This document shows, one piece after another, positions 22,466 through 36,099 of a stretch of DNA of 64,000 nucleotides. A program made the position numbers and the translations under genes. Source of the DNA: Camelus ferus (taxonomy: Eukaryota); the NCBI RefSeq assembly GCF_009834535.1, contig NC_045698.1, forward strand, positions 12,526,001-12,590,000. Reading direction: 5' to 3'. The notes under the pieces are model-generated. The model was not told the origin of the DNA. It ran no database searches and saw nothing but the letters and a program-made list of their open reading frames with translations. Position 1 is the first letter of the stretch, and each line of letters begins with the position of its first letter.

Positions 22466-23674
22466 GTTAGTAACACTTACCTGCTCTTAAACCTACAGAT
22501 TATGTTGTGTATACTGCAAGCTTTAATCTAGAATTTACATGTTAAGGGACATGATGGTGATGATGATGATTTTAATTAAATTGAATCAATTTCTATTTGT
22601 TCGCCTGTTTTGAATACAGTAATTTGTTACACCTCTCTTCTACTTACTCTTGAAATTCAAGATGACTCTATTATATAGAAACAGGGCTGAGAAATGGGTT
22701 TTAGGTAAAGGAGTAAAAGAGTGAGTGTGTTGTTAGCTGAACTGTGTACTTTCCTGTAAATACTCTATTTAAATGGGTTAATAACCTCCTCCCCCTTTCT
22801 TTTATGGGTGAGTTTGAGTTTGCTGAGGCTAACTGTCCTGCCCAAGTTCACGTAGCTGAACTTGATCTGCTGACTCCACTGCCCATATGCTTTCTCCCAC
22901 AGAGTATGTTGGATCAGGGCGCAGAACTCATTGGCCAGCTATCAAAGTTCTGTTTGAAACTAAAACAAAAAAACCTGTTTTCTGAAACGTGAACTCTAAT
23001 TACATAAAATGGATGCTTCTGAAAACACAGTATCGTCTCAACAGGGCGGACTGTAAACTTTGAACAACAATTGAAGCCTCACATTATGCGAGAAGGGAGT
23101 TTGCAGAGCTGAATGTCCACCGTGCTGTGCTTCCCCCACCAGTGGCAGAAGTTGCTGGGGAGACAAGGGACCGCCCACGGCCTGGCGGAGGCGTGGGGCT
23201 TCTCAGCAGCTGCTGCTGCTGGTCCGGAACCTTGCTCTTCCCAGCAGGCTGCTGTGCGGTGTGCCTCATGTGGCAAAACAAGGGCGCTAGTGGAGGGGTT
23301 AGGTGGGAGAGGGTGGGACAGGCGGTGGGGGGCGGGCAGTTGGGTGCCAGGGAGCTTTGGGGAAGGAGAATGAGCCCTGACAATTCTAATTTATTTGAGA
23401 TTCTGGTAGCAAAGAGGACCCAAGGACAAAATGGCTTAGTAGTTAATGAGATTTCATTGGGGCTGATGCCACCTTGTTCTGTCCACCCTCACCTCCAGGC
23501 TGGACCTACGTAGGTCTTCTGCCATGCTTCTTTCTAGCTTGGTAAGCTCCAGTAATCACACTGGTCTTTGGGATTTTCAGGTTTTAGTTTTTACAGATGA
23601 TGCAAAATCATTAGCTGACCCAATGTCACTTCCAACGCCATGTATCTGTATTTCTCAGTGAATGGCCCTTGAGA

Positions 23675-23830
23675 CACTGGCTTCAGCTTTACCTGGTCAA
23701 CTTGTTGAAAAATAGATTCTTAGGCCCCATTCTGGACCCATTAATTAATCTCTGTAATGTGACCCCTAAATTACATTTTTAATAGGCTCCTCCGGTGACT
23801 TCTGTAGACATTAATTTCACTATTACTGTT
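23675..23830. mobile_element. MER5-like hAT-Charlie element
   Basis: acctgg..cttgttgaaaaatagattcttaggcccca...catttttaataggctcctccggtgacttct. Confidence 0.6.
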
Positions 23831-24644
23831 TGATACAGACTGAAGTATCGACAAAGAAGAAAATTTGAGAGACTTTGCTCTAAATCACATCATGAACAAG
23901 GAACAAACTGGTATTTAGTTCTAGTTGCTTCAGTTAGAATTCGTAACCTTTCATTCACTACTTAAGAATCTATGTATTGAGCTTTTACCGTATGCCAGGT
24001 CTGAGGATAAAAACATCGTCTTTTTTCTTAAAGAGTTCCATGGTTAGGAAGACATACCCCCTCAGTTATGTTTTTAAAGTCTTAGAGCATTCTGGGACTC
24101 AAACCTTTAATGTTTCTTCATTGCTCAGTGCCTCATGAAATAGCCAAGATGCTCAAATTTGAAGAAGGCAAAAGCATGGCAGCTTGGGATAGAATGTTTA
24201 AGAAGCTTTGAGAGATATATCTGGATTTGTAAGGAGAGGCTGGGTTGCAGATGGCATTAAATGTTCCCCTGTGTTGCTTAAACTCAGCATTGTAAGAGCC
24301 TCTTGAAGACGGAGGTAACTCATGCTATTTACTTGTGGATTGAATACATTGTTTCTTAATTCAGCATACATTTACTGAATCCATATTTGTGCTGAGCATA
24401 AACACCAAGAACCAAAGCAAATTCTTTGTTTAAAAATCAAGGACACATATAAAGAATTCTAGAATGGTTTTCATCAAAAATGATTAAAATATGAAATAGC
24501 TTTAGGGCTGGAAATCTGACATTTGCTATTGGTGCCGAGGGAAAAAAAAGACACATTAAATAAATGTCAGCTTGTGGCAATTTTAGGTGATCATAAAAAG
24601 TGTGAACTACGCTTTATAATTGGAGATAGAAATGACTGGAAGTA

Positions 24645-24802
24645 GGGAAAGGGTACAGCTCAAGCAATAGAGCGTATGCTTAACATCTACAAGGTCCTGG
24701 GTTCAATTCCCAGTACCTCCTCTAAAAAATAAATATATAAATATGTAAGTAAGTAAACCTAATTACCTCCCTCACAAAAAATAAATTAATAAAAAATTTT
24801 AA
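24645..24802 (+). mobile_element. tRNA-derived SINE (Vic-1-like) with 15-bp TSD
   Basis: A and B boxes plus tail; TSD aaat(g/t)actggaagta at 24630-24644 and 24803-24817. Confidence 0.93.
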
Positions 24803-27255
24803 AAATTACTGGAAGTAAAGTTACAGTTCTTCTCGCTGTTAGGTGGGCCTCCTTCCTTCGCCTTGGCCAGCAGCCGGTCTTTGTCGAGTGGGTGCACTGA
24901 GCGAGCCCTTTGTGGCTCCAAAGCCCATGATGATCTATCTAGTCCGTTAACCGTTAATAAGCAGCAAAAATATCTTGGCTGCTGCAGGTTTTTTCCCTGT
25001 GCTTTATTTTAATTCTGTTTTGAGCGTTCGAAATTAGTTGCGGTCATAAGACATATTAGTTTCCTGGGTCTGTGGAAGAGAGGGATGGTTCAGAAGTGAT
25101 CTCAGCAGTTTGCATTTCCTGGGCTGGTTGTGGTTCACTTACTAGCTTTATTGACTAAAGGAGCAGGTGATTTATAACATAAAGTCAGATGTTAGAATGC
25201 TGCAACCAGGGCTTTTGAAAGGACCACCCGTTAAGTGCAAATAAGTAACAATGTGAATGGACAGTAGACTCTAAAAGCATATTAGACTATTGATGAGAAT
25301 GAATAATGAATGTTTTCTGATAGTGTTTGCTGCATGTGGCAGGATATTTTCAAAGGGGGAGAAAAAGCACTTCTGCATAAAGTCTGCATTTAGTTAACCT
25401 TTATCTTCAAAGGAGAGCTTAACTGTCACCTGCCATATTTATAGCGGCATCATCAGTTCAGAGTTTTATGCTCAAAACTTGTAGAATCAGTTAGGAGATA
25501 GCTTTTGAAATGCATAGTAGCTTAGAAGAAAAATGTCTTTTCACTGTGATTACAGAGATTTCTATGTTCTCATCTTTAATTATGTGATGGATCCTAGTGC
25601 CTTAGAGTTTGCCATCATGGATGATCCCTAGAACTTGGCCGTGTCTTATTTAATGGAATGGAAATTTCACTTCTAATTTAGCAGACTTATTTCTATCACC
25701 AAGTGAAAGCTGAGTTTACATAACTCAATGGTGATGATTGTGTAGACTCTTTGATCTCCAGAGTTTATAACTTGAAAATTGCATGTTTCAGTGGAGAGTG
25801 AGTCTGTAATATTGACCCAGTAACCATCATGTATTGCCAACCTTAAAACATAACCTTTGTTCTGGGGTCATCATATATCCGTTGAGTAAATTGAAGTTAG
25901 ACTTTAGGTCGATGTTGAAGTGAGCCCAGATCTGTTTTACTGTTAAAACTTTGAACTTCGAATATAAAAGGGTTAAGCAATGATGATACAGATAAATGGT
26001 CAAAATGGAGACTTATCTAAAGACCAAGACTAGATTGCATAATAAGGAAAGAATAAGGGTAGAAAAGACTTCTAAAGAATTAAGGTCCTTTTATATTTAC
26101 ATTGTGAATGCAGGTCTAGATATCAATGCATTTCTTACCTAAGAAACTCTTAAACCCTTTTGTAATGCAGTGAGCCACTCTGCTCTCCTTTGCACATCAA
26201 ATTGTTTCACCATCAGACCTCTCCTGGTTTAGTGGTCACTATGTTAATTCTTTAGCACTTTAAAGCATTTTAGTTGATGAAATGTCTGTCTCTTCCTTCC
26301 AGTACTTGAGAAATCCTAACTGTTATGTGAAGGAACTGAGAAGATAAATGACTGGACATATGAAGACCTAAAGACTAATGATTTAAAGACACAATCAAAT
26401 ATTTACTAGAGAGAGAACTTACTGAGTGTTTGGTCTGGAAGAATTCAGATTTAACTGCATGCACCTGAACGAGAGTGATGTCAGTGCCCAGTCTGGGAAG
26501 ACCCCTGGGTCTGGAATTTCACTCACTCTTCTCTCTCGCTCCTGATCTGTATCATAAGGGTCCCTCCTTACCGAACCAAGCTTAACCGTGACTGACCTTC
26601 CTGAGTCTTCCAGAACCTTGCCCTATCAATTGTTTCTCCTTTATGTTTCTACTTTCTTTCTTCTTTGTCTCCTCCCATCTTCCTGTATATACTTTCAGTT
26701 CTTCCAAATCCTTATAAACAAATGAACAAAACTCCGTTTTGACAAAATTGCAAATTCTTGCCTTGACTCTTGCTGTTACTTCACTGACTCTCTTTTACGT
26801 GGGCCTTTGTGGATCTCTTCGCTGGCTGAGTTCTCTGAGCCCTTCCAGAGAGGCATATGTCTTTGCTCTTCTACCTGAGTCACTCCAGGGTCAGCTGTTA
26901 ACAACTCATCGCAAGATCAAATTGTACAACCTCTGTTCCTATCTTTCTTAGTCTTTTTGCAGCTGAATATCACTCCTCCAGGCCGCTTCCTAAAATTCTC
27001 TCTTCTTTTGATTTCTGAGGCATATTTTGCCCCCTTTCTGGTTTTCTGCCTTCTGCCACCTAAATACAAACATTCCATTAGGCAACCTTGATAGGTGTAT
27101 CCATCATCCGTCCCTCCAGGTGGATGGGTCCTGACCTATCTCCTAAAGGAAAATAGGGGTTTCTTAACACTCTTGACTGGATTCTTCCTGTTAGTTTGCT
27201 CTAACATACTCTCCACTTCTCCGTCTTCATCGAAAGACAGCCTAGTCATCTTCCA

Positions 27256-27505
27256 AGGCAGTTTATCGTGATGGTTACGAGTGCTCACTCAGTGCCAGAC
27301 TGCGTGGGTTCACACCACATCTCCAGACCACTAGTTGTATGATCTTGGGTAAGTTATTTGGCTCCTTTGTTTCCTAATGGTAAAGTGGAGACGGTAATAA
27401 TAATTCCTTCCTTGTAGGATTGATGAGACAGTTGATGGTTTAATATTTGTCAAGATTAAATAGTAAGACAGTCCTAGAGTAAGTACTATATGTATAAGTA
27501 CTTTT
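27256..27505 (+). mobile_element. MIR, near full length
   Basis: ggcagtttatcgtgatggttacgag...gccagactgcgtgggttc...gatcttgggtaagttattt...gtaaagtggag core. Confidence 0.8.
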
Positions 27506-27819
27506 AATATTTCTACCATCTCAAACTGCAGCTTCCGTATAAAACTTTTCTGACTCTTGACTCCAACTAAAGTTCATCTCTTCTGGGAAAACTTATTTTT
27601 TGCTCTGTTATGACGCCTGACTTCCTCTCATTTTACTTGTCTCTGTTTGTCTTAACCCTAGTGCTGGACTAGAGTAGGTTCTCTTTCCCCTCTTATATTC
27701 CCTGCCATGTCTTACTTGACTTCAAAAAAATTTCTTTTCCTACCAAAGATGAGGTGTATTTTTTTGTAGAATTATTTCTGAAGATTTGAAGTTCTTGAGG
27801 CTACTCTGCATGTTGGATT

Positions 27820-28162
27820 AAAAAAAATGTTTTTATTTGCACTCTTTTTAATTGAAATATAGTCAGTTTACAACTTTGTGTCAATTTCTGGTGTACAGCA
27901 TAAAGTTTCAGTCACACATATACATACATATATTCATTTTTCATATTCTTTTTCATCATAGGCTACCCCAAGATTTTGAATATAGTTCCCTCTGCTATAC
28001 AGTAGAAACTTGTTTATTTCATATATAGTAGTTAGTATCTGCAAATATCGAACATCCAATTTATCCCTTCTCAGTACTTTTACCCCCCTGGTAACCATAA
28101 ATTTGTTCTCTATGTCTGTGAGTCTGTTTCTGTTTTGTAAATCAGTTCATCTGTGTCTTTTT
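27820..28162 (-). mobile_element. L1 3'UTR end with 13-bp TSD
   Basis: L1 3' sequence at 27845-28162; TSD tgcatgttggatt at 27807-27819 and 28163-28175. Confidence 0.88.
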
Positions 28163-31100
28163 TGCATGTTGGATTTTTGATGAGTGATCTGCAGAGATAC
28201 TTTGAGGGTGCTCTGTAGGGCTAGCCCGAACTTCATGAAGAAAAATAGTGGAAGCTTCACTTGTGGTTAATTTCCTTTTCTATTGGAGGACTTTCTGACT
28301 TTGTAGATCTAACTCATCTTAACCACCTCTTTGGGAAAATTGGGTTGCAACAGTGAGTGTATGTGCATCTGTGTGCTTTCCAAATATTTCTTGCACATTG
28401 TACAGTACATTTTTTACAATGTTGAACATTTTTTTTGTGGCAAGTAAGTAGGTTATCTTGCAAATGTTTTCTCTAAAATTTTACTCGTGATATTTAATAG
28501 GTTTGCCTTAGAAATTTAGACATGAGTTGACAACTCTTACTATACTTCCCCTTCCGCAGAGGACATTCCCAGCCCCTAAATGTTGGAGATTTTACAGTTG
28601 CTAAATAGAAGCTTTCACCAAATCAGATACTGACAACAATAATTCAAGAATGGAAATTATCACCAGGCATTGATAAAACCTGAGAGCAAATCATTATGAC
28701 AAAGCATATCCTAGTAGGAATACCAGAAATACACACAGGCTGCATTATCTTTATTTCATTTTCCTCTTTTAGAGCAAAAGTTTTGGCATTTGAAAGAAGA
28801 GAGCCAGCCATTTGTTGAAAACAGAAATTGTTGCACATAACCAACCATATGTTTTAGATTTTTTCCCCTCTATTATTGAAAATGTATTTTGAATTTGTTG
28901 TGTTTCTCCATACTTTGTAAATTCTTTCCTTAAGGTTAAAAAGATTTTTCCCCCCCTTTTTCTTATCCCAACATTTGCTTCGGCTTGGTTTAACCAACAA
29001 CTTGGAGTCTTTGAGCCTGAGTCATTATAAACCCAATGTGTCTGGTGATGTTTGTCTGCAGACGCAACTTATGAGTCAGTTCTAACTTTGTATGTATGGA
29101 TTTTCTTGTATATAAACCTGTTGAACCTTGGCAGCCCTGAATTTGCAGAATGACACAGTTAATGTGCTACGGCCACAGATTTAACTTTGTCAAGAAACAT
29201 TGATTCATTCTCATGATGTGATCAAAACAAGAAATAATCTCCTTTTGATTCTGTTTCCGTTTTATAATCAGAAGATAATGTATCTGCTTCGCAGATGGAA
29301 GCAGAATGAAAAAGAGACTCTTTCTTGTCTTGATCTCACAGTGAAGCAGCAATCAAACCAGAAATAATGCTCCAGTCTCTGACACACGCTGCTGCATATT
29401 CATGTTGGGTTTTGCTATAGGCTTGGAGTCATCTTTTTCTTCGTATTCTGTTTGATATCATCCTTAAGAACTTTATTCTTCTGGTTCTAGATGAAATGGT
29501 TAATTAATCCAAATTTGTGTTTTCAAAATAGAAACGTGGCACTAGATGGGACCTTTGTATGATTCAAACTGTCCTATACAGAAAGTACCTAGATATTAGC
29601 GCAGAGATAGAAGATATAAGAATAGCACGTGAAGTCATAATAAAGTAACTTTCAGATCATATGGAGAAATTCTCTATCATTTCCTTGTTTTGTTTTATAC
29701 ACCAGTAAATGTATGCCAGTGATTTTCATTGTCACAGAATTATGTTGCTGTTCATTGACAGAGTAACAAAAATGTAGAAATATGCTAATGAGAAATGGAA
29801 TTGGGAGATGCCTTGGAATACGTACTATTGCGGGAAGAATACAGTGCTTGTAATGCCCTTGGTTTTTGGATAGTTAATGCCTGGAAACTGTCATGATACA
29901 AGATTGCATTTTCTGAAGAGGGTCAGTGCTCTAACTGGGGCTTGCCTTTTTCATCTGAAGGTGTGGGCAACACTTAACTAATGGCTATCACCAGCAAAGT
30001 GCTACCTCAGTGAAGCTTCTTCCATCACAAATGGTGATCATTTGCATGTCAAAACATGGAAAATTCAGTAGATGGGCTGAGAAAAACCTTAACCTTTAAT
30101 TACCAATAATCTTGCTCACCAGCAGGATGCAGGATGGTTCTTGAAGCTCTTTGGATGACCCAGCTCTCTAGTGGAACTTTTCTCGGATGCCTGATGGCAT
30201 GCTGTTACTCAGATCTGCCTTAAAGGACTGAGATTTTAAAGTTGGTGGTGACAATTATTGTTTCACCTACTCAAAACTCCTTTTGATCCAGTATTCTTCT
30301 TTCTCCCTCACCTACACCCAACCAGACTATTCAGTAAAGGCTAGTCTTTCAAGGACTAAAGAAAGGAAACAGCAAGTGATAGCTCCTAGACCCCTCATGT
30401 TTTACTGAAAAGCCATGTAAGAACGACTTCCAATAACGGCTAAAATAGCGATTAAATTCCACCCTGGTGGGTAGAGTTATGTCAACGTTGGCAATTGTCT
30501 TGACCAAAACCAAAGGGACATACAGGCAGAGGGGCCGAGCTGTGTGTTTTCACTTGGTAGCCAGAAGCTTTGAGAACCTCAGTCGCTGGAAGGGCAGAAC
30601 TGTCTTCTATAGAGACAACTGAGGACCAAGTCAGCTTAAAGGCTCCACTCATCACAGTCTGCCAATCGGCTCCTTTCTTAGCACCGAGGACAGGGAAGCT
30701 ATCCCAATGGGCTTCCCGATTCATGGTAACTTTGCTTTACCTTTAGTGTGGAATGAAGTCAGGGTTTAAACCCTCTTCCACTAGGTATTTCTTGCCTGTG
30801 AAGGTGCCCTACTGGAAAGGGTATGGGATGAAATATTTGGCTTCAGTTTCTATAAGATAAAAATTCAGAAAAAGATTGGATCCAGTGGAGGAGTAGATAC
30901 TCGGAAGCAGTAATAGGGAGAATTTTTCTCTTTCTCCTGACTCTCTCCCTCTCTCTTTTATGTCTGGGTGATGCATCTTACTGTTTTCAGAGCCACCATG
31001 ACCTCATGCTGATAGTCCCAAAGCAAAGCTGTTGGTATTAAAAACCTATAACTGGCTGGGAACTCTTTCCCAACCTATGATAAACTCCAAACAAAATCTT

Positions 31101-31523
31101 CTAACATGTTGCATTTTGATAGCACAGTAAAAATGGTGCTATGTCCTAGTTTTGTTCCGTGTCTCTTTCCATTACATTGGGTATAGAAATGAATTACCCC
31201 TTGATTTTGAAAATATGCGATTCATGAGAACATTCTTAGATACAACTGTTTAATTAAGAGAATCCACAAAAACATATGGACCTTCATAAACAAGTGAATT
31301 ATTTTTTTTCCCCCTTAGACGAACCATTCCATATTTCTGGGCTCAATTCAAAACCAAACAAACAAAAAATGGTTCCTCCCAAAGCAAGTGGTATAATCAG
31401 TTGGTGGTACTAGTGCTTGCTTTCTGTTCACCTCTTCAGACTTGTTGAAGGAATGAAAAGAGAATGAGTCCGTGGCTAAAACCCTCAACTTTGGCAAAAA
31501 TGTAGACCATTTTTGTATTGGAC

Positions 31524-31596
31524 AATCATTGTAACATTGGTACATTATTAATCATGGTAACATTTATCAAGATTTATTAATCATGGTAACATTTAT
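31524..31596 (+). repeat. Tandem duplication, period 29, plus a degenerate third copy
   Basis: ttattaatcatggtaacatttat at 31545-31567 and 31574-31596; aatcattgtaacatt at 31524-31538. Confidence 0.88.
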
Positions 31597-32458
31597 TCTG
31601 ACTCAGGGATTTAATCCACTTTCTTCATAAAATTCAAGATACTTTATCATGTTTTTTGCATAAGCAGATTACTCTAGATGTAAATGAAACTGCCCCACAT
31701 ATTTTAAACATCCTTTGAGACCTTTGGGTGAGGGAGGAGTCCATAGTCAGGAATTTTAGAATTTGAGAATTTTAAGATTTATTGAGGAAGAAGTGAGTCT
31801 AGCCACTACTAAGATAATTTTTCTCACCGGTAGCAAGTGGGTGAAAGCTGGTTTCTGACAGACAAAATATACTTTGTCGGGAGGCCACACATGACTAAGT
31901 GCTTGGTGTTAATGTCCTATGAAACAGCACGGTCTTGCCTTAGAAAGAAGGCAAGTCTTCCATTTGCACCAAATGTGTGTTCCTAAAGGATTTGCAAACA
32001 CTGTTCCCAATGTTAACTAATTCTGGATGAGGTGGTAGAGATGGTGTGGCAAGAAAATCATTCCTCTGTTGTGCCAGTTTGTTGTATAAGTGTTTTTTAT
32101 CTATAGGAAACAGACTAATTAGTTTTAGATTACAAAATATTGAATTTATAAATTTAAATGGTTCTCACGTGATACAGGGTGGGAAAAGGTAAACCTTGGG
32201 GGTTAAGTTTCAGCATGAATTTTAAAGAGACACAAACACTCAGACCATAGCATTGATCATAGGACATTTTTCTCACATACCCCTTTTTGTTTAGTGCCAA
32301 GAAGGACCCATAAAATATATCTATCCATCTATATATGTATGTGTATGTAATTTTTTTTTTTTCAGAAGGGGAATAAACTTCAAATATCTTTTACTGAAAG
32401 GGAAATTTGAGACCCAGAGCAGGAGGTGACTTGCTCAGAATTTTATAACAAATTATTG

Positions 32459-32591
32459 GGGTGGGAGGGTATAGCTCAGTGGTAGAGTATGTGTTTAGCA
32501 TGCACAAGGTCTTGGGTTCAATCCCCAGTACTTCTGTTAAAAAATAATAAAAATAAATATACCTAATCCCCATTTTTTTCCAAAAAAAAAA
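32459..32591 (+). mobile_element. tRNA-derived SINE (Vic-1-like) with TSD
   Basis: gggagggtatagctcagtggtagag...gggttcaatccccag; TSD aaattattg at 32450-32458 and 32592-32600. Confidence 0.93.
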
Positions 32592-33921
32592 AAATTATTG
32601 ACAGCTGGGACCAGCACTCAGTGTGTTTGCTATTTTTAGCAAACGTCATACTAAGTGAGTGCTAGGTGGCTTGTTTTTGACATGAGCCTTAAAGAAAAGA
32701 TTAATAATTTAATTTTTTCCTAAATGACATTTTGTCCTTTGCCTGTCTACCTTTATTTTCTCAAAATTTCAATTCAGTAGGCTATGCTGGTTAGATTGGT
32801 TTATATTACGGTCAGAAAAAAACAGGTAAGTGCCTATTAGGAAAGTTTTGGATGAGTCGATCATCTTAGAATTTGCAAGAATTGTGGTTGTTTAATGAAA
32901 TCCCATGATAATTCAGTTTACACAGAAGTGGTTCTGCCCAGTGTGTCCTGGGATTGTGTGTGCAGAATAAACACATCTTAGACGATTTGAATGGCTAAAG
33001 AACACCTTCTGGCTTCACTGGCAGGCTTCCTGCAGCCATAGGAACAAAGAATTGAAACCGCTTAGTACAGGTGATTATCTCTGTTAGACTATCTTTGTTA
33101 CAAAAAAGCATTTCAAATTATTTCTTGTCCTTAATCCCTCAAAGAATTTTTTTTAGGTTTGCTATAGTGGTAATATATAGGATCAAGTTTTTCTTTTTCC
33201 TTTATAGATATATATTAGTCAACTTGGTGGTTGAACATTAGCTTGTAAACAGAATTTCCTTTTACAAGAAAAGAAATCCTTGTTAGCTCCAAGACTCAAC
33301 AAAATCCTTCAAAGATTTGCTTTGGGGAAGGAATTAAAACCTAATATTTAGGCCATATATTACTTTACTTCATGTACTTAATTCTGAGTACAAAAGAATA
33401 CTCACCTTACTTAGCCTACCCAGCTAGGAAGTTCCTCTGTTACGTGCCTTGAAGACGTTAGAGAAACACACCATTAGAAGTTTTGTGAAAGTTCTTAAAT
33501 ATAGACCGTCATTAGCAAAAGTCATCCGCTGCCAATAAACAAAGAAAAGTGTCAGAAGTGAATGTGTCATGTAAGCTAACAACCATGCTATGCAGTCAGC
33601 CTCAAGAGGTGGTGGGTGGATCAGTCACCTGGATGCTGCCTCCTTCTGAGTCCCTGATGGATGTGCCAGCAAATGGCTGGCTGGACCACCACCCGCTAAC
33701 TTTCACAGCTTCTCTCCTGTTTTCCCACGTCCCATCCGTGGTGGCTCTGATCACCTAGCAGTGCTAGATTGTCACTTTCCTCTCTTCACTCAAAAGCAGA
33801 ACTTTAAGTCTCCTGGACTATTTGTTTATAGCCAAGTGGGGTTAGTTAACTAGAGCGAGGCTCGGTTTTTGTAAGATGGGGAAATGAGTCACAAGACAGC
33901 TGTGGGAGGTTTAAAACTGTT

Positions 33922-34090
33922 GGGGGGAGGGTATAGCTCAGTAGGTAGAGTGCGTGCCTAGCATGCATGAGGCCCTGGGTTCAATCCCCAGTACCCCCAT
34001 TAAAAAAATAAATAAGTAAACCTAATTACTTCCCCCTCCAAGAAAACCAACCAAACCAAAAAGAAAAAAGGAAAAAAAAAACCCAAAACA
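33922..34090 (+). mobile_element. tRNA-derived SINE (Vic-1-like)
   Basis: ggggggagggtatagctcagt...gggttcaatccccagtac followed by a long A-rich tail; imperfect aa(a/c)actgtt duplication at the flanks. Confidence 0.92.
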
Positions 34091-34751
34091 AAACACTGTT
34101 TGTTAGTACCTTAAAAATATGAAATGCTTTGGTACTTTATAATAAAGAAAATTTTGATCTGTGGAAAAAAAAAATAGGGGGTGGCATTTGACTGCTACCT
34201 TTCCTCCTAAACATCTTATGTTTAGCTTCTTAACAAAGGTAAGGTGTAGCTCAAGTGTTTTGCTTTCACATGTATGTCAGTAAGTGAGTTTTAACCGAAG
34301 AATTTGGATCCTCTTTTCATCCTTGTGACTGAAGAGGAGATTTTTTTTCTCTCTCGTTTCCTTGAACCAAGTGATGAAGAGGTAGTGAAACGATGAAATG
34401 ATATTTCTTTTATGATCACTCTGGCATCAGCTCAGATTGGCAGGAAGGAGGTTTGATGACTAATCTATAAGTTTTACTTCTATCTGGAAAATGATTTCTT
34501 GGTATAATAGACTGTTTATATCTTAAAAAGACTCATAACCTGGAGAATTTTAAGTACATAAAAGTTTCAAGTTAAAGAATTTTGACTTAATTTTAATTTT
34601 AAACTTAATTTTAATATGAGCAGTATGGTGATGATGTGGCGACAGCAGATAACCATACAAACTTCCTTTCCACATGTACCCAGTCTGCAGGAACATACAT
34701 GGAACACACACCCCGAAAATCTCCTTGATGACATTTGAAAATATTTTTAAA

Positions 34752-34919
34752 TTTAAATTTCTTAAATTTTTTATTTTGGGGGAGGTAATTAGGTTTATTT
34801 ATTTATTTGTTTGTTTCTACTATTATTTTTTTTTCAATGAAGGTACTGGGGAATTGAACCTGGGACCTCATGCATTCTAAGCATGTGCTCTACCACTTGA
34901 GCTATATATACCCCCCCCC
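34752..34919 (-). mobile_element. tRNA-derived SINE (Vic-1-like) with perfect 15-bp TSD
   Basis: A and B boxes on the minus strand; TSD gaaaatatttttaaa at 34737-34751 and 34920-34934. Confidence 0.93.
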
Positions 34920-35064
34920 GAAAATATTTTTAAAATACCTGAATTCCAGGGCTTCTAGTTCCTGATTCTAGAACTTGTGTGTGGAACCTATGTCCTCCTG
35001 GTCTCTTGGGGTTTGCAAGCACAGAACTATCTAAGAATTGCAAAATTAAATGGTGGGGAAAGGA

Positions 35065-35235
35065 ACCAACATTTATTGCAGGCCCATGAAATGCCAGGCG
35101 TTGTACTGATGCCTCATGTTAAATTTCCCTAAGATTGATGTTTCTTATCGGACAGGAAATGAAAGGACAGTGAAGTTAAGTAACTTGCCGCAGGATTCTG
35201 GGCAGGTGAGCTGTGGAGATGGAACTCAGAACAAC
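35065..35235 (-). mobile_element. MIR fragment
   Basis: aacatttattg...tgccaggc...gaagttaagtaacttgcc. Confidence 0.65.
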
Positions 35236-35460
35236 ATCTCACCAGTCTTCCGTGATGCAGTGTGCAGCGTCTCTGTGAAATAATTCCTGTCCAACATTTT
35301 CCAGATTAAACTCAGTGAAGCTCCTCTTTCTCTGCTGCTGTTGGTCATTAGTTGTTTCCTATGCCAACTTGAAGCCATCAGTCTGTAGTGTTGGCCCTTG
35401 TAACATAGTATTCTCTTGTAATTTGAAAGGAAAACTCCTGACTTTGCTTTCCTTTGAGAT

Positions 35461-36099
35461 TAGTGTGTGTGTGTGTGTGTGTGTGTTTATATATATTTTT
35501 GTTGAAGTATAGTCCATTTACAATGTTGTGTTAATTTCTAGTGTACAGCACAATGCTTCAGTCATATATGAATATATGTGTATTTGTTTTCATATTCTTT
35601 TTCACCATAAGTTATTACAAGATGTTGAATATAGTTTCCTGTGCTATACAGTAGAAACTTATTTATCTATTTTATATATATTAGTTAGTGTCTGCAAGTC
35701 TCAAACTCCCAATTTATCCCTTCCCACCCCCTTCCCCACTGCTAACAATAAGTTTGTTTTCTATGTCTGTAAGTCTGTTTCTGTTTTGTAAATAAATTTG
35801 TTTGTCCTTTTTTTTTTTAAGATTCCACGTATAAGTGATATCATATGGTATTTTTCTTTCTGACTGATCTCACTTAGAATGACAATCTCCAGATCCATCC
35901 ATGTTGCTGCAAATGGCATCATTTTATTCTTCTTTATGGCTGATTAGTATTCCATTGTATAAATATACTACAGCTTCTTTATCCAGTCACCAGTGGACAT
36001 TTAGGTTGTTTGCGTATCTTGGCTATTGTATACAGTGCTGCTAGGAACATTAGGGTGCAAGTGTCTTTTTTGAATAAAGGTTCCCTCTGTATATCCCAC
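35461..36099 (-). mobile_element. L1 3' fragment (ORF2 end plus 3'UTR) with 11-bp TSD and a (GT)12 tail
   Basis: Typical ...ccatccatgttgctgcaaatggc...tattccattgtat... sequence; TSD tcctttgagat at 35450-35460 and 36100-36110. Confidence 0.9.

Noticed and set aside
24645..34919. tRNA-like sequences at SINE heads
   Set aside because: They have A-rich tails, TSDs and degraded cloverleaf pairing, so they are SINEs and not tRNA genes.
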